From Tubulanus polymorphus (lineage: Eukaryota; Animalia; Nemertea), in the NCBI RefSeq assembly GCF_964204645.1, contig NC_134025.1:14942001-15006000 (forward strand): 64,000 nucleotides of DNA, written 5' to 3'. The notes under the pieces were generated by a model, which saw nothing but the letters and a program-made list of their open reading frames with translations, made no database searches and was not told where the DNA came from. Below, piece by piece: positions 37,187 to 51,744 of the stretch (the first letter of the stretch is position 1; each line of letters starts with the position of its first letter). The position numbers and the translations under genes are program-made.

Positions 37187-40100
37187 CTAAAAGAGAGAGT
37201 GAAATAAATATCTTAAGCAAATCCTGCACACAACTGAAATCAAAACCATGTGAAATCAAAATGTTAGCAAATTTTTTATCACTTCATCCTATTCTTAGAC
37301 GTATTGTCTAGACCAAAATTAATAGGATTTAGATAACTCAGTCAAAACTGGTTGATTTGACCAAAATATGAATACAACAATTCAGAAGATGGTGGTAAAA
37401 CAAGCTGCTCCCTGTGTTTCAATACTCAGTCATCTTGGTTGTTTATTCAATCCAAGCAAACCCCTCATTGAATAGCTTACTTGGTTTGCTCAAACCTGGA
37501 CATAAAACTTAGTTCATGAACCAGTCTACACACGTAAATGCAATCTTTCAGTAAACATCATCATTTTGTTCAAAATAAATGCACCCTTGATAATCACATG
37601 AATACCCATCCTACAGGCCTGTCCAGCCAGCGTCGCTCGCCGGATGATGTACCCATAAAGCATCTTGGGAATGGAAATTACAATTGCAATATTTTCATAT
37701 CACAAGAAATTACAATTTATTACAAATTCTATCGAACAGAAAACACAGCGCTCATCTGCTACGACGATAATTCAGCCTGTTATCATACCAAACGTGCACG
37801 CGCCAAGCAGGGTTACAGCATCACCATATAAAAGTCTCTATGAGCATGTGTTTGTGTGCACAACAGTCTTATTTTAGCACTCCCGCGCACGTGGAGGCCT
37901 TGACGTATAGTGAACGTTTGCTTCACTTCAATCTCAATCAACACATTCACCGGGTATTAAAATGAAACAATACCTATGGCGATATGTGAAATGATTATAT
38001 TCTCACCAGCAATGAGCATTTAAAATTCGCACATAGGATACGGCACCTAGTCCAATGAAACGTTTGCCATTAATGGCTTCCCATAATTATTTTAGTAGCG
38101 CCGGAATTCCACATATATCCCAAAAACAAATCACATTCGCTCATAGAGACAACGCCTCCCAATTGAGGTCATTGCAATACGCGAGAGCTAAGAATTTTCC
38201 AGTTTTTCGTTGAATTTAAACAAAGTTGACCATGACATCGACGGATGTTCGTCATGTCTTCAATCGCATCGATTATATGCCGTTTAACCCGAGAACCAAT
38301 GAAAAAAGTGCTCATACTGCTGACAAAGGTAAACCAAAAATGAATATTGGAATTTTAAATACGTTGGAATAGATTTATATTTTAATAGATTATCCATTAA
38401 ACTATGAAAAATATCCAATATAATCGTTACCAATATAAATAGGCAAATTGTAAACTATTCAATATCAACGGCGAGCATCAGGGATCCCAGAGAGCCTTCA
38501 GCAAATCCGCGGAAATTTCTGATGTAACAAAAAGAAGTATAGAAAATTGAATAAGGCAGTATCACGGCAAAGCACCCACATAGTAGGTGCCCTCGTGCCT
38601 TTCCCCCCCTCAAAGCTAGAGAATTTTAGAGTTTTCCAATCCAAGAGAGTGGTTTCCATGAAGATAGTGTATTTTTTGCAGCTGCATTACCGGCTTTTTT
38701 TAATCTAATATGTCGCACCATGGGGCCGCCATCTTGATTCTCACGTTAGTCTTGCGAGTCAGAAAATGAGATGGTTCCAATCCCAAAAACATTGAATGAG
38801 AACACTAGGGGCTGACTTTTATCGCGTCCAGATATCAATCCTGATAATGCGGTGAATTATGTGAAATAGTGTAAATGGAAGAATAGTGGAAACGACTGCG
38901 GTAACAGTTTATGGACTGGTTGCCTGTCAAATTCTGAGTCTAGACTGGTTGCCTGTCTAAACGCACATGTATCTTCTTAACCGTACGGCGCCACTATCCG
39001 CGTTTACACCACCTCGCCTTTTATAGTGCACTATTGATTTTTTAAATGTTAATGTTAGAACAACGATCGCGCTTATGATAGCGGCACCAAGTGAGCATCG
39101 TCATTCTTTAGCATTCATCACTAAGAATAACGATGCTGTTAATAGCAAATTGGAAGAGCTCACCCTACCACCCTTTATTTTTACATCATGATCTCGGAGA
39201 CTACAAAAATGAGACTACACTCTGAGATTCCTGGAGCATACACGATATGAGATTTTAAGATAAATGATAATTCACTAGCATCAATCTTTAGGCAATAGGC
39301 CTATAGGAATTATATTTAACTAACTAGGGGTCCAGGGACGTTATGCCCATATGGCCCAATTCTCAATGAACTAACAATTTCAATATTTAACTGGTGACTA
39401 TAAGTGATAGTTAGTATACCTTTCAACTCCCCCGGCCGGTGACCATACACAAAACTTAATGACCTTGAATCTCGTCACAACTAGAATTACGCCTTGCAGC
39501 CCTAAATATTACCCGCAATACACTTTCCCCCACTTTGTAAAAATTTAAGTCAAACACAGGTAAACCTGTCTCAACTCTTAACAAATTTCATGGATATCCA
39601 TCAGATATTCCAGGCTGTCTCAACCTAAACAAGAAATTCAAGATGCTACCCTGGTGGCCATATCTGATGGCTGATGACCTCCATTTTCGAAAGTGATGAA
39701 TATCTTACCCGCCCCAATCATCACACCAAGTTTCATGTTTGCGGGTAGTTTGGGAGATCTCTGGACAAGATTGCGTCCAGATGACGGATGACCTGACTCC
39801 AATAAACCCCCTTACACTTCGTTGCGGGGGCAACCCCCTTACACTTCGAGCTAAAATTTCGCAATGGATTTACAGTCACTAAATATGCCTAGGTACCAAT
39901 ATAGTCAACCCAAGATATAGCGCCCACATCAGTGCACACGCACGATTTTGGCGGTATGGAGAGTATTGTGGTATATCAGGGGTGTTTTACTCCTACTATG
40001 TATTCGTATCGAGATGCACATTGAAGTCTCCTGGCGGGTAAGCGGTGTAGGGGTATATGGGAGGGCGGTATATCGAAGGTTGTACATAGAAATATAGTAA

Positions 40101-41865
40101 TATAGAAATACTAAATAGGCCTAATTGTGCTATTCATGACCCCTGGTTATAACCAATGAACTTGAAACTCACCACAATCATAGAACAGAGGGTTTCCGTG
40201 ATGGTAAATGAAAGTCTGTAGTTAGTTATTATTGGGGGAAAAATTGTACAAGCCAAGTTTTGAGGATTTTTGGAGGCATTGTGCATTCTAATGGTATCAT
40301 GTGGTCTATGCAGTAATAAAAATTACAACAGAGTAGTGCCTGTCAGGTGAACTTCATTCAATCATTGAAGTTTCATTGGCAGCGTATGGACAATAGGCCT
40401 ACGAGTAATGGAACATAAAGGGTAGGAATGTCATTTGCCTACTGTCTGGGTGATAACACTATGCATTAGGGCCTATAGGGAACATAGGTATGGGCTATGC
40501 CCTATTACTACTACACTACGTTGTCAGCATGGCAATTTGTAATCAAAACAGATTGCGAGCTTTTGGATAGTTATTATTTGAATATTGTAGTGTCTTAACG
40601 GAATCTATCATCATGTTGATAATTGCTAGATTACTTATCGGATTATGTTGAAATGATTATGCATAGAAAAATGTACAGCTGAAAGAAAAAACGTGACTAA
40701 CTTGAGTGACTTCAGGTGAAGAGAAGCGAACATGAAATAGATAGGAGCCAGGATTTTTCTTTTTAAAATAATAAAGACATTAAGCACGAATAAGTTGCAT
40801 TTCCTTCAAATGACAATCCCCTACGATCGTCTGATAAAGTTTATTGCCACCATAGACTACCGCCCCCTGGCTCATTGAAGAGACCGGGAACCAGTCTCCA
40901 ATTCAACTCAGAATTTATTTTACAGAAAAGCGGTTTTATTAGATATTAAAACTGAAAAATATAAATGTTCATACAGAGATTTTTCAAATGGCCACTAACG
41001 CAAGCACCCAATGAAAGTAAAAGAAAATTAATAGAATTTTGTAAAAACGTGAAAGTAAATGTTTTATTGTGAAATTTTGATTGTGTCAATAAAGAATGAA
41101 TTGAATTGTCGGCAGCACTATGCCGCGCATGAATACCAATTTCAAGACTGATCATGCACGCTCAACCAAGGTTGGTATGCGCTGCTGAAATAGCAAAGAC
41201 GATTAAACAAAATCATAAAACAATGAAAACGACAACCGATATAGCCAATATACGAAAGGAACCTAGATTTTATTACTGCATTAAATGTGTGTAAATATCA
41301 GAGCCCAAGAAAGTTTCTAACGAAAGTTATCGACTCCCCAAGCAAGTTATCAATCCGTGTGATAGCAATATGGGCTTGCAAGCATGCAAGCCCATGAAAA
41401 TTGCGGAAAACAAATGAATATCTGACTTTAGCCGCGTTCACACTAGATTCGGCACTTATGAAGTACCGTACTTAGCTGGTGCCGAATTCACCAAAATACG
41501 GCGTTTACACAGCTAGTTACGATCATACGTAGAGTCCGCAATTCGGCACTTAGTAAGCCCAGTATAGTAATCACCCAGTCTGCCAATAGAGGGGAGTGTG
41601 ATTAGTGTTTTGTCCTACGAGGATATTAATACGCAGCTAGCTAAGCGCCGAATCTGCGTTCACACTACAGAAAATACACGGCCAGCTCAGTGTCGTAGTG
41701 AGATTGGGTTTTCGGCGCGAAATCTCATTCCGTGCTTAAATAAGACTCTTTGCAAACCGTTCTTATCACTACAGAACCGGAATAATAGCTGTGTTCACAC
41801 TAGGATTTCAGTACGGTAAGCGTTCACACTAGAAAATTATTCGAGGCCTATTCACGGCTTATTAA

Positions 41866-42458
41866 CCCTTTAACTGGCAATCGGTCGCTAGCGACCGATT
41901 TGAATAGACCAGCTATAGTGAATAGAATAGTCAAGTATTGATTTCATTGAAGCATTCTAACTCATTTTCCTATCAGCAGATGGCGACACCAGACGGCCTA
42001 CAATGTCTAACAAGGCAGGAAAGTGATATTTCATACATTTGGCATGTAGAAGGGGGTATGTAAACCACGTGTCACGTGGGTCAGATTTCGAAAATTGAGA
42101 ATATCGTTAGTAGTAATGGCCAATGCACTAAAGACGTTCTCTAGTGAGTTTGGCTGATATTTTGGACATAGTAATGAAAGATTCTGATGATAATTCATAT
42201 TGGGATGAATCTCATGACAGTTTTTTATTATGGGTGGCCCAAAAATCTGGATGACCTTGGGATCTGTGACCTTGGAGTCAGACCCTGAAGGTAACACCCA
42301 AAGTTCGCAAACATGGTATCATTTGAAAGCTTGTGAAAAGAGCTTTCATAAAATACATACAATATGGGGTTATCCCTCATATCTACTGAGTTATTAAATT
42401 TTCCCCTTGCAAGGTCCAAAATCTCTCATAGGCCGAAAAATACTTGCCAGTTAAAGGG
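41866..42458. mobile_element. piggyBac-type MITE
   Basis: Perfect 15-bp TIR CCCTTTAACTGGCAA; TTAA on both flanks. Confidence 0.9.
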
Positions 42459-43654
42459 TTAATCCAGTTGAATAGGAGAGAAAACCCTCCATTTTGTCAA
42501 ATTTGAACATTGTCACCATGCTGACACAATGAAGTTATTTTTCTTGCGGGGTTTCAACAACTAAATCAGGGTTGGGTAGGCATGGTAACAATGTTCAAAT
42601 TCAAGAAATCTTACAAAATGGAGAATTTTCTTTCTTATTTAACTTGATTAAAGGAGACTTTTTGCCAATGCTTCTTAATGGTACGGAACTGGAATAATAT
42701 TGGATATTCCACTGGGTTCTGACACAAAAGCTTTTTGACCCCAGTATCCTAGGTACTATAGGCCTTAGTCTGAATACCAGTCGTTGATACAGGTTCCCTT
42801 CAACAGCTGACGTTAAACTGTCATAAGAGGTTAACACCTGTTTCTTGCAATGCAACTACTGATTTTAGTGTCAAATCAAATCTTTGTACTCAAATAAATT
42901 AAATAGTTACCTTGTTGACATTGAAAACGTGTTTTACGTTAATGATTTTGATGATTTAAATCGGGAACCCGAGAATTTATTGATATGATTTGAATTTATT
43001 GCCACGATCGGGATTTTCAATACGGACTATATTGATAAAGTCTAAAAATTTAATGTTTTTCCCTCAAATTACTCAATATGTTATTTTTTGTTGACAAAAC
43101 CCATTAATTTTGGTGACTTATACCCTCGGAATTTGAAACAAGAAAAACATCTGCTTTGGCATCAATGTCAGTCCAAGTTCAAGTCCGACTCCGTAATTTA
43201 TACTCCCATCATGCAACTCGCATATCCGCCATATTTGTTAAATATGTCACCAGATGGCATGCCAGTCAATCAGAAATATGTTCAGTTGTGCGCAGGCGTC
43301 ATGACAAGTGAACTGTAATAAGTTTCTACGTATTAGGTTCCAATCCCGCAAATTATGTCGCTGGTTTATTTTGTTTGCCATAGGCCTATTAAAGGTTTCT
43401 CATAGGCCTATAGGAAATGATAAACTTTGAAAGCCCTAGTATCTATTTGTATGTACTAGGCTATAAGGTTTGACTCCGATATTGTGTAGGCCCTCAGTGT
43501 TCTCGCTGAGGGGTTTTAGCACAGCGGCCCGCCATGCTAAGGCACTTTACCGCCACGCAAATAAAAGATACGCCATGCTTAAAAAAATTCCACCATGCTT
43601 AAAAAATTATCGGGAGTTTATTTACTCATCTGGGTTTCTAAGACTGTCAGGTTC

Positions 43655-45065
43655 CAGGGGCGGATCCAGGGGCATGTTGTGACCATGTCAACCAATAAAA
43701 AGGGCACATGCCTATGTTCTTAATTTAGGGCAGGAAGGCATATTAGCAAATTTTCTTAAATTCTACTATCATTTTAGAGCTTTCTGAGCATATCTGAGAG
43801 GCATTTAGTCAAGAAACATAGGTTATATATTTTGGAAAAATATCCATTGTGTATCTCAGGTGGTTACGACGGCAAATTTTGATACAGAGAAAAAATAACT
43901 AGGGGTCCAGGGACACCATGCCCACTTGGGAAGTGGTTCGAAATGCTCAACAATCTAACAATTTCAATATTCAATGCCCCCTGGTGACCATATACAGAAT
44001 CCAATGACCTTGAAACTCACCACAATCATAGAACATGTCAGCAGCTACGATTTTGTAATTGATTGTGATAACAAAATATGCCTCATTACCACTTTAATAT
44101 GGAAATACTAAGTTATTCTACTATTCAACGCCCCCTGGTGACCATATTCAAAACCCAATGACCTTGAAACTCACCACAATCATAGAACATGTCACAGACT
44201 ATAACTTTGTAATTGATCATGGTAACAAAATATGCCTAGGTACCAATATAATAAGGAAATACTAAGTTATTCTACTATTCAACGCCCCCTGGTGACCATA
44301 TAGAATAACTAATGACCTTGAAACTCACCACAATCATAGAACACGTTATGAGCTACATCTTTCTAAATTATTGTGGTAACAAAATACGCTTAGGTATCAA
44401 TATAATGTGGAAAAACTTTTTTCCACTTACGAATGAGTACTGCTGACACCAAGATGGCCGCCAATTGCGTCATAATTGGCTGATGAAAAATACCTGTCTC
44501 AGGTAGGCCTATAAAACACCCCTTTCCAAAGAATACCCATCACAAATTGCAATGAGAAATGATAAACCAGTAGGAAGCTACAGGACTCAGAATTTGGGCC
44601 AAAATTAACATTTTTGGGCACTAAAAAGGTCATAGGATGGCCATCTTGAGTCCGATCGACCCAATTTTTGTTATGCTGATGGGCCCTGGGGGAATTCACA
44701 TATATCCGAAAGATCAAGGTAATTGATCAAAGCGTCTTCAAAATTTCCCTCAAAAAGTTCAAAAATGTGTAAAAAGTGCTGATTTTGGCGAACAACAATG
44801 GCTGCCAGTCGGCCATCTTGAATCTGACAGGGCCAGTTTTTGGGCGGAAGATGTGTCTGGGGTAGATACATGTGTAACCCAACTATCAAGACATTACCTT
44901 GAAGATCTTCAAAACTTCCCAAAATAACTGGATTCCGTCTACGGACGGACGGACGACGACGGACGAAAAGTGAACGCAATAGTCCCAAGTCCTAAAGTCC
45001 CAAGTGGGCTAAAAAGGCACTTTAAAATTCCGACCGTGTCGGTGACAGGTCTAAATCCGCCCCTG
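43655..45065. mobile_element. TIR element (CAGGGGCGGAT ends, 5-bp GGTTC flanks) with a nested Helentron-like element
   Basis: CAGGGGCGGATCC at 43655 and AAATCCGCCCCTG at 45053-45065; GGTTC on both sides. Confidence 0.6.
43897..45014 (+). mobile_element. Helentron-like non-autonomous element with internal ~150-bp tandem repeats and GGAC microsatellite
   Basis: Starts AACTAGGGGTCCAGGGAC (also at ~39322); 3-4 repeat units; (GGAC)n; ends ATAGTCCC..GTGGGCTAAAA (related ends at ~45170-45222 and, reversed, ~61205). Confidence 0.7.
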
Positions 45066-45727
45066 GGTTCACACGCTCAATTTTATAAGCCTACTGGTGC
45101 ATTAATAATTGTAACACATTCTCATAGTTACTTATAGCCAAAAAAATAGCCTAACTGGATTCTGTCCACGGACGAAAAGTGAACGCAACAGCCCGCTGGT
45201 ACAAGTCCCAAGTGGGCTAAAAATGCTATAGGTTCATGTCATCTCGCCCTCGGTAAATTGTGTCATCTTGGTAATTAGGTGGACACCAATGGCTCATTTG
45301 CATAAAGAAATAAACAAACACGAACAAAATGGCGATCTTTCTCGCCGATTTAAAGCTTAATTTCCGAGTGTAAAATGGATATAAAGACGATGATTTATCT
45401 GGACTGTATAACTCTGCTGATTCGATTAAGACCTATTTGAGGTATGCACACCCAAAAATAAGCGAAATATCCCAATAAGATCATGGACAATAGAAAATAG
45501 CCTAGACTATTTTAGTCAAAAGTTTTGAGTTACTACGATCGTCAAAAGCTACTTAGGATAATCAATCTAGGCCTATGCCAAAACAATAGTCCAACTTCCT
45601 AACTTCCATCGAATTACAGAACGGCCAGAAGGCCTATGACTGAGGTAGGTAAGTTGATGGGGGTTTATTTAAATGGATGAAATAGACACTCAAAGCCTAG
45701 TTCCTTTTTAGTCGGCCTACTACGTAC

Positions 45728-46100
45728 CTGATATTTTTAATTGGACTAATTTTGAAGTTCGTATCTTCGGTGACGTTCCTAATGATTCTTTTGAAAGATA
45801 AGGCCTTGGCACCAATGATGACGACACTGCAACCCAATCAAATGATCCTGGCATGGACTTTTCATTCACACAGTCGAAGTTGTAAATGGCCAGGCACCTT
45901 TCTCTCTCCTCTTCGACCATTTCTTGTAATAATGTATCCGTATCCTTAATATCAATCTTACATCCGCTATCGTCTGAATCTTCGAAACATAATTTCCTAC
46001 GAGCTCTGCTCTTAGAAGCCGACTGACGGCGTTTTAAAGACGAAATATCGCAAAATTCATTTCCATCCGCTGCGGAGCGCGCAACACACGCCATTTTCAT
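45728..46100 (-). CDS. Cip/Kip cyclin-dependent kinase inhibitor (CDKN1/dacapo-like), exon 1
   Basis: CDI domain: ARRKLCF (cyclin-binding RxL), YNFDCVNEKSMPGSFDW; ends QLKIS G|GTACGT (phase-1 donor inside the PIP box); likely start at 46100 or at AAAATGG 46094. Confidence 0.82.
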
Positions 46101-46184
46101 GTCCGAAACAATGTATGCCTCAACACACGACACACACTACATACACTCACACTGTGAGTAGGCCCAGACACGCAGCGTGCCAGT

Positions 46185-46260
46185 GCTAAAGCGCGCGGCG
46201 CATTCTTCTGCGTTGTGATTGGTTGGATAGACAGTCCGAGTTCTATTGTTGGTTGAATAC
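46185..46260 (-). promoter_or_regulatory. Probable proximal promoter of the Cip/Kip gene
   Basis: CpG-rich stretch with a CCAATC box (minus strand, ~46217-46222) about 120 bp upstream of the ATG. Confidence 0.4.
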
Positions 46261-47022
46261 GCGTATGAACCGGCAGAGATTCTACCTTGGCAACGATCAT
46301 CAGCTTAACTTTTGAGCCTTGAGAATGAAAATGGTGATAATTACTTACATACGTGCTTATGTCAAGGAACGGTGTATTGTAATTTAAGTATATACAGCTC
46401 TATAGTTCGTGCTCATCAATAATACTTAATTTGTGCCACCCAAACATACCAGGTGTTAGTTTGGCAGTCGTCTTGTATTTGTCAGTCTAGCCACGGTGCG
46501 ACAAATTTACGACATGTCCGCACGGGGCAATTATTAAAAACCCAATTATAAGATCGAAAATTTCCATCACGATTTATTCCATGATTTTTCTTAAATCTAT
46601 ACTTCATCTTTTCTGTGTACCGATCTACCACAAAATAACTTAAAACAAACATTTGGAGAATTTATAACAGGGATCACGTGACCTGTTTTTTAAATGAATT
46701 ATTTGAAGTTTTCAACACCAGTCTGGGACACTATAAAGGGAAATGCTAAGTAGGCTAAACAAAAGTTATATAACTTTTGTTTAGCCTACCTGTGTTATAT
46801 AACACCAGGCCTATCATTTTTTCATTTAGTAAGAGTCGACTATCCTTTTAAATGAGTAATTTGTTCTATTCTTATAGCAAAACATAAACATATTCAGAAG
46901 TTTTCATTTCATTTTCGTTTATTTTTTACTCCGAACCGACCGACGGTAGTGTTTTACCGTAGAATGATCCGGCATTGGAAACGAATTCTATCACCAGACT
47001 TGCAGAGTTTACTACTCCACAG

Positions 47023-47111
47023 GACCCAGTTCCACAGTTGAGTTAAGATTTGAGTTAACTCATTGAAAATGAACTAATTTTAACTCAGAGTTAACTTGTG
47101 GAAAGTGGGTC
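47023..47111. mobile_element. ~90-110-bp MITE family (copies also at 47814-47914 and ~48689-48797)
   Basis: TIR G(A/G)(C/T)CCAGTTCCACA with CAG/CTG flanks; the second copy interrupts the LINE frame LYKSLVRPIL|E with a CAG duplication. Confidence 0.75.
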
Positions 47112-47231
47112 CAGGTTAATACTTGCCAGAGCAAAAAGGATGTCAGGAAACTGGTCAGTGCTGCTCCGGCATTGGTCAGTTAAACAATTTTTTTCTAATC
47201 ACACTTCCCTGGTTTAACTAATAGTCCTTAT

Positions 47232-48500
47232 AACAGTAACAGTAACAGTAACAGTAACATTAAGTGATGGACCGCTTTTGCGATCTTAACACTGTTGGTT
47301 TAACATACACAGTTGTTAGATTTTTAAGTTAATGCACATTTGCCGAGATATCATTAGCGTGTATAGTTTGTAGTTAGTTTTTTGTTCATAGTCTTTCCAA
47401 TAATCGTCCAGCCGAGCCTTGAACGAATTCACAGATGGTGCTTCCACAACTTCTGTCGGCAGACTGTTCCAGTAATTGATAATTCTATTTGTAAAATATT
47501 TCAGTCTAATGTTCTTGCGGCATCGTCTTTTTTTCCAACTTGAAGGACGACCTCTGGTGAAACGGCGTCTAGCATCTAACATGATAATATCATTATCGGT
47601 GGAATATACGTTAGTTATACTAGTTTGAATGTCTCGATCATGTCATAGCGTAATAGTCTATAAGTGAGACTAGGAATTTTAAGATATTTTAATCTTTCTT
47701 CATACGGCAAGTTTTTTACATTCACAATCATTCTCGTCGCTCTTCTTTGAATACTCTCTAATTTATCTGTTTCCGACAGAGAAATATGAGACCACACTGG
47801 ATTGTTGTTCCAGGGTCCAGTTCCACAGTTCTGAGTTAAGATTTGACCCTAGGTTAAAACATTGAAAATGAACTGACTTTAACTCAGAGTTAACTCTAAC
47901 TCTGGAACTGGATCCAGAATTGGTCGAACCAGTGATTTGTACAGCAACACAAACGCTTTGCTATCACGAACATTGATGGTTCTTTTTATGGTGTATATAG
48001 CACCCTAGCTTTCAGAACGACGTGGTTCACATGACGTTTGAAATTCAATTTATCATCAAATATTCCTAAATCGCGTTTGTATTCCAATGTTTTGATGACA
48101 TTACCCTGAAGTTCATAGTTGAAAGTCGGTTTAACGCATCCAATTCGTAACCTATTTGCCTTATCAGGGTGGAATTTTAATTTTCACTCATCCGACCAAC
48201 TCATTGCGCTATTTGACTATGCTGATCAGATCATTAGTCGTCCTAAAGACTTGATAACTTTGTATAATTTCGTATCATCCGCAAAAAAGCTGCACTGGAG
48301 TGGTGATTTTTGTAGGTAAGTCATCTATGTAAATCACGAAAAGCATCGGACCGAGCACGCTTCCTTGAGGAACTCCGCTTATCACAGGTCTCCAATTTGA
48401 AAAAGCTATCGTCGACACGAGAACTGTTTCCGATTACTTAAAAACGATTTAATTCACTCAGCGATTTTCCCGCAGATTCCGGTAAGCATTAAGTATATAG
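47232..48500 (-). pseudogene. CR1-like LINE 3' portion with (TTACTG)n tail
   Basis: [62 protein letters not shown]; ACAGTA repeats at 47232-47258. Confidence 0.88.
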
Positions 48501-49234
48501 TCTGAAATAAAATGTCTCTGGTATGGGTGCTTGGAATCATGTCCTTAACTGTACGCCGAACTGTATCTTTGTACTGTATCTTTGTACTGTAGCAATACGG
48601 GTGTTAAATAGATATGGCTAGGGCGGCCCCCTGTTGAAAAATCCTAGAATAGATCCACCCTAGCATTTGGCCTAAGTTTAGAGTTCAGGATCCAGTTCCA
48701 CAGTCATGTGATGAATTAGAGTTAACTCCGAGTTAAAATCAGTTTATTCTCAATGAGTTAAATCTTATTAATTCACAACAACTGTGGAACTGACTCCTGA
48801 TTGTTGAATAAAGTTAATTTGTCTTTGATAACTTTATTATCACGTCCAGATGACGCTTTTGAGCTAGACCTCGGCCAATCAACGCCGACGGCGCCTAGCC
48901 TTATCAATTCCCGAGGCCGATATGAAACTACGCGGAGAGGGTAGCTTGCCCTCGGAAGATTGCATCGATAATACCGTAAGAAATAAATCAATAGAAAATA
49001 TGGTCACTTACGGCTGAAACGAAAAACGCTTCTGGGGAGGGATACCGCACTCCCCATAGAAATCCTGCTTAGGCTAGCGCGACAGGGAAGGACAGACATG
49101 TTGTAATAAGATGAGAATAAACGCAGAAGCCTACCTTACTATAAACAAACTATACTATAGGAAGTCCTTTTACTTCCGTCTGGGATCGAGTTTTTGGGAT
49201 AATTCACTTGATCGTTTGAACACATAGGCCTATG

Positions 49235-51744
49235 GGTAAAAGTGCAGATCTGCACGGTAAAGTGCAGATCCGCACCTCTCATGATTGACGCAATCTGCTG
49301 AATGACAGAATCCAGGCTAAAATCTTTCTACTCTCTCTAGTGAAGATATCTTAGAATTAGCCAATGGCAATGTACTGTTGAATTGCTGATGACATTTTGT
49401 ATCTGAAACAATGATATTTCATGTTATTGATTGAACCGTTTATGCGAGGAGGTGCGGATCTGCACTTTAACCGATCTGCACCTGGGCATTCCTTTACTTT
49501 CGCACCGCACTATGTTCCACTCTGTCTACGTCCTTCAAACTTATGTCACTGGTGTATTTTTGTATGGGGAATCTTATGGTGAAGTCCGTTTTTTAATATC
49601 TCTCAACAGAAAATAAAATTCGCTTTTTTATAAAATTTTCTTCCTCCAGTTTTTACGTGCTGCAAATGGTCGCCATGTTGGGAATCAGTAAAAGTCGGAC
49701 TATGGCCTCCGGTCTTACTAACTACCGACAGAAACAGTTAAAAAGACACATTTTTGGAATAGAATAGAAAAAATGATTATTATTATTGGATTAATAAAAC
49801 GGTCAATGATGCCTAAGAAACATACATGATACAGAAAATAAAAATATACAAATATACAATATATACGTGCCTCTCGTCGAGTCACAGCGGATAAAATTGT
49901 CGGATCAAATCGAGCGCGCCGTCGAAAGAATTGTTACGCGTGCGGGTTCGACGCCATGCAAATTCCGCGAAGTACGTCGTCAGCAGACCCTCTGTAGTCC
50001 CGTGCATCCTCTTTTGCTTCGCTTTCGCACAGCTCCACAGATTTTCGACGTTGTTTGTATGCACTCCCGTGTTCGGATCCACGAAGTGCAAATTGTGATT
50101 AACAGTTGCGTGCTGATATCCAGCGCCGGGAATATTTCCAATTTGATTGTAAGCCGCCCACATATCGCTTAGAATCGTACTGCCCGGAGCAATGTGCTGC
50201 TGGATTAGTGGCAGTAGGGTTGCCGCATCCCTACGTCCATGTGGGCACTCGACAAGAAAAGCCTCCTTCGTTTCCACGCAAATTCCTCCGAAAACCCACC
50301 GCTGTGCGAAGGGGCGCGCGTGGTGGTTTGCCGCTCTACGGGCTCTAGAAACGAGTGTTTCGTCTATTTGGACCGTGAGGCCAGGACCACCTATCACCGG
50401 CGGGTTGATAAACAAGCGTTTTCGCAAAGATCCCGATGAAAATTGTTCCAATCAACCAGCGTTTTTTCCGAGAGCTGCAACATCTGTCCCATCGATGCTT
50501 GGCTTATATCTGAAAGCGACCAAAGATACGTAAGAAGTACCAATTTCTGTACTGTTACCCGCGAATTCCTGAACCAGCTACCATCCTGTAAACATAAATT
50601 GGAAACAGTTAACAATAATGGATCGAATGCTGCTGTGATTTGATATCAATAAAATTGCTGGAATGTCTCTTACTTTGACACTAATTGTTGAATGAGCCCG
50701 ATTTGCGCATCTCCACACATATCCGATTGAATCACGCTGTTGTTGGCCTAAAACCATCGGTTCATTGCATTGTCTGCAATTAACCCTAGCTTTCAAAAGT
50801 CCGCGATCTTGGCACCACTGAATGATCGCTTCGTTGTCGTTGAGTTGTTGAATTAAATCAATGATAGTGATATTTTCGTGTGTTGGCCACTGTCCTCCGG
50901 CTCGAGCCATCTTGAGACGTATGATGCGAGGGCATTTTTACTTTCAGTATTTATTCATTTTGGAAATTGATGGCATCGGCGGCATTTTCCACAGGTTGTT
51001 AAACTATTGCTGTGGGTTTGTCTCATTCATCTCATTCCCACAGCAGTGAACTGCCGTGGGTTTATACATCGTTATATATATATACTAAAAGTCCTTTGAT
51101 CATGATCTGTCACTCAGTCATTTGTTACATTGTATAAAAACAGAAGAGATGCCCAGGATCCCAGTAGCCGCCCGTGTGACTTTCCCATATCAAAAAGAAA
51201 AACAACCTATTTAAGGAAAATTGTAAATTTATTTTTAGGATTTTATGAACAACGTTACACATTTACAAACATTATTTGTTAGATGTTGAATACTTGAAAT
51301 ATTTTTCATACTTTTCTGTATCAATAAAATCAATTGAAATGAATTGATCCTATTACGACTTTTTAACACAACCAAAAAATAATTGCTGACGAGATGACCA
51401 TCACCTGTGAAAAAAAAGCGAATTTTATTTTCTGTTGGAGATATTAAAAAACGGACTTCACCATAAGATTCCTCATACAAAAATACACCAGTGACATAAG
51501 TTTGAAGGACGTAGACAGAGTGGAACATAGTGCGGTGCGAAAGTAAAGGAATGCCCTGCACCTCTCCGCGTAAATGGTTCAATCAATTACATTGAATAGC
51601 ATTTTTTTCAGATTCAATGTCATCAGTAATTCATACATTGTCATTGGTTAATTTTAAGATATCTTCAATAGAAAGATTTTAGCTTGGATTCTGTAATTCA
51701 GTAGATTGCGCCACTCACGAGAGGTGCGGATGTGCACTTTTACC
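49235..51744 (-). mobile_element. Merlin (IS1016/ISXO2-like) DNA transposon, near full length
   Basis: Long imperfect TIRs (~350 bp) starting GGTAAAAGTGCA; flanking direct repeat GCCTATG; internal transposase. Confidence 0.88.
49882..50910 (-). pseudogene. Merlin/ISXO2-like DDE transposase with one 88-bp intron (50586-50673) and one frameshift near 50415
   Basis: Zn ribbon CRQC..WRC; ISVK|GTAAGA..TTTACAG|DGSWF; IGGPGLTVQIDET, WVFGG, SDMWAAY, VNH, HTNNVENLW. Confidence 0.88.
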
